Positions 61,376-64,000 of a stretch of 64,000 bases of DNA are shown piece after piece. Where the stretch lies: NCBI RefSeq assembly GCF_009914755.1, contig NC_060948.1, one strand, 5' to 3'. The notes below the pieces were generated by a model. It was not told the origin of the DNA and ran no database searches. It saw only the letters and a program-made list of their open reading frames with translations. Source of the DNA: the human T2T-CHM13v2.0 reference genome, Homo sapiens. The translations under genes were made by a program, and so were the position numbers. Every line of letters starts with the position of its first letter. Position 1 is the stretch's first letter.

Positions 61376-61430
61376 TAGCTTGGTGCAAAAGTTAATGGCA
61401 AAAACTGAAATTACTTTTGCATCGACCTGG
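61376..61430. mobile_element. MADE1 (Hsmar1 MITE), internally deleted
   Basis: TTGGTGCAAAAGT..TAATGGCAAAAACTGAAATTACTTTTGCATCGACCT. Confidence 0.8.
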
Positions 61431-62726
61431 TATTTATATATATTTTAAGTTTAGGTTTTAATTCTATTGATACAGATTCATTTATATAGATCATTGATAC
61501 AGATGTCCTGTATTTATGGAAATTGCCCCCACATGTGTCTTTTATATTCATCTATGTATATTATAGACATATGTATGTTTTTATATCTACATGTATATCT
61601 TTTTACACACATCACTGGAAATAGACTGTTTAAAATTAACTGAACAGATGATGAAAAAAAAAAACTGTTTAACAAGAAAGTTAAGCCACCTTTTTTTTTT
61701 TCTGCCTTCTGAGTTGGACTACATGTGTTTCAATAACAGCGTGCTTTTAAAAAGATATTTTTGAAAAGTTGTGGCTCGTCTGGCTTGTATTAGAGGTTGA
61801 ATTTTGAGGGAAGTGACATATGTTCCCTAGAAGGCCTCCCTCAGTGACTTCGGTCGGACGATTATTTCGGTGTGTTTACGCAGGTTTTGCTAATTTTAAG
61901 TAACTGGATGTTTCCTTCATAACGACCTGCCCGGGGAGGAAGAAGCAACGATTTGTCATCCCATAATCTTCCCCCAGGGTTCTCTGCATTTTTAAAATAC
62001 AAGTCTAACCAAGATCTCCAAAAGGCATCTGAAAAATGTTTTTATGTGTGGAAACTGTTCATTTCTCCGTGGTTGCATAACTCAAAAATAGATGAGGACA
62101 TTTCTGAAACTTTCCCAGAAAAATCCCTCTTGGGCTAAAACTAACATTCGCTGGAGAGAAGCAAATAGGAAAGCACAAAATAAGGAAAGAAAGGCCTTCA
62201 GTGTAAAATGATCATTTTCCTTTTAAGAATTGTCTGCTTATCATGACATGAAAATCATATTTCCGGTAGCTTTTAGAAATCCATGTGGGTGATGCTGATA
62301 CTTAGAACTGTTCCAGTCATTCTCTAAGCTGAGACTCAGTGAATCCTCAATTGGAATCTCCTTTGTAAAGAACCCACACTCCTATTTTTGGCAACAAACT
62401 GGGATCTTTTGTGTTTATTTGTCTTAAATCAGCTTTTACTAAAGAGAGCTACGCCAGCCCCTAAATTACCAAAAGAATAATAGTTTCACGCTATGATGCC
62501 TTTCTCGCCCCCGTTTTGTCCTGACGAATGAGAATTGCTGCCTCTTTTGAACGTTCAGCTGTCTGGCGTGAGGGGACTTTCCTTTAGCTTCGGAAGAGTC
62601 AGTCTTGGCAGTTTTTGGTAATCAGAAACCAAGAATAAGAATTTGAATGCAGGGAAAACTGTGACACAGGAAATATGTTCATCTGTTACCTATATTTTAA
62701 AAGTTGAAAAATGAAGTGCTTTGGAC

Positions 62727-64000
62727 TCTCTCTATATATAGATAGATATATAATATCTATATATATCTATAGATATATATAGATATTATATGTATAGATA
62801 TTATCTATATAGATATATATAGATATTATCTATATATATCTATATATCTATAATATATATCTATATATATCTATATATCTATAATATATATCTATATATA
62901 TCTATATATCTATAATATATATCTATATATCTATAATATATATCTATATATCTATAATATATATCTATAATATATATATCTATACATCTATTATATATCT
63001 ATATCTATATATCTATGATATATATCTATATATCTATATATCTATGATATATATCTATATATCTATGATATATATCTATATATCTATGATAAATATCTAT
63101 ATATCTATGATATATATTTATATATCTATAATATATATCTATATATCTATATATCTATAACATATATCTATATATCTATAATATATATCTATATATCTAT
63201 AATATATATCTATATATCTATATATCTATAATATATATCTATATATCTATATATCTATAATATATATCTATATATCTATATATCTATAATATATATCTAT
63301 ATATCTATATATCTATAATATATATCTATATATCTATATATCTATAATATATATATATCTGTATATCTATAATATATATCTATATATCTATAATATATAT
63401 CTATATATCTGTAATATATATCTATATATCTATATATCTATAATATATATCTATATATCTAAATATCTGTAATATATATCTATATATCTGTAATATATAT
63501 CTATATATCTATATATCTGTAATATATATCTATATATCTATATATCTGTAATATATATCTATATATCTATATATCTGTAATATATATCTATATATCTGTA
63601 ATATATATCTATATGTCTATATATTATATATCTATATAGATATATAATATCTTTATCGACATATCGATATATATCGACATATTGATATATATCGACATAT
63701 CGATATATATCGACATATAGATATATATATTTATATAGATATATCTATATATAGATAGAGATATATAGATGATATATAGATATATAGATATATTGATATA
63801 TAGATATATATAGATATATTGATATATAGATATATATAGATATATAGATATATAGAGAGATATAGATATATAGAGATATATAGATAGACATATATAGATA
63901 TATAGATATATATCTATATAGAGATATATAGATATTATCTATATATCTCTCTCTATCTATATATCTATGTGTAATATATATCTATATAGATATATAATAT
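62727..64000. repeat. AT-rich (TATATC/TATAA)n array over 1.2 kb, running off the window
   Basis: Directly visible. Confidence 0.96.

Noticed and set aside
61780-62700. Unique segment with some CpGs as a possible enhancer
   Set aside because: No convincing motif clustering; cannot be supported from sequence alone

Overview
This is primate, almost certainly human, gene-desert DNA with no credible protein-coding or RNA gene. The supplied ORFs fall in Alu, L1, LTR or simple-repeat sequence, or are short chance ORFs. The window is saturated with Alus, old L1M/MaLR/ERV fragments and very long GATA, GAAA and AT-rich tandem arrays. Repeat style and three homeodomain/TALE-motif-rich unique islands about 15 kb apart (about 26.1-26.9, 40.8-41.5 and 55.9-56.2 kb) suggest pseudoautosomal region 1 (Xp22.33/Yp11) downstream of SHOX. 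On that reading the islands would be CNE5, CNE6 and CNE7/ECR1. This placement rests on recall and needs BLAT confirmation. Most notable observations: (1) several extra enhancer-like islands; (2) one Alu variant (TGTCATCCC instead of TGTAATCCC) shared across unrelated Alu subfamilies, plus A/T-to-G/C changes in other repeats; (3) repeated tandem amplification of Alu arms and of an MLT1 LTR; (4) an inverted pair of complex GATA arrays; (5) a palindromic (TTATAA)n tract beside the putative CNE7; (6) a MER85 with a perfected hairpin. Repeat subfamily names come from remembered consensus motifs, not from RepeatMasker.
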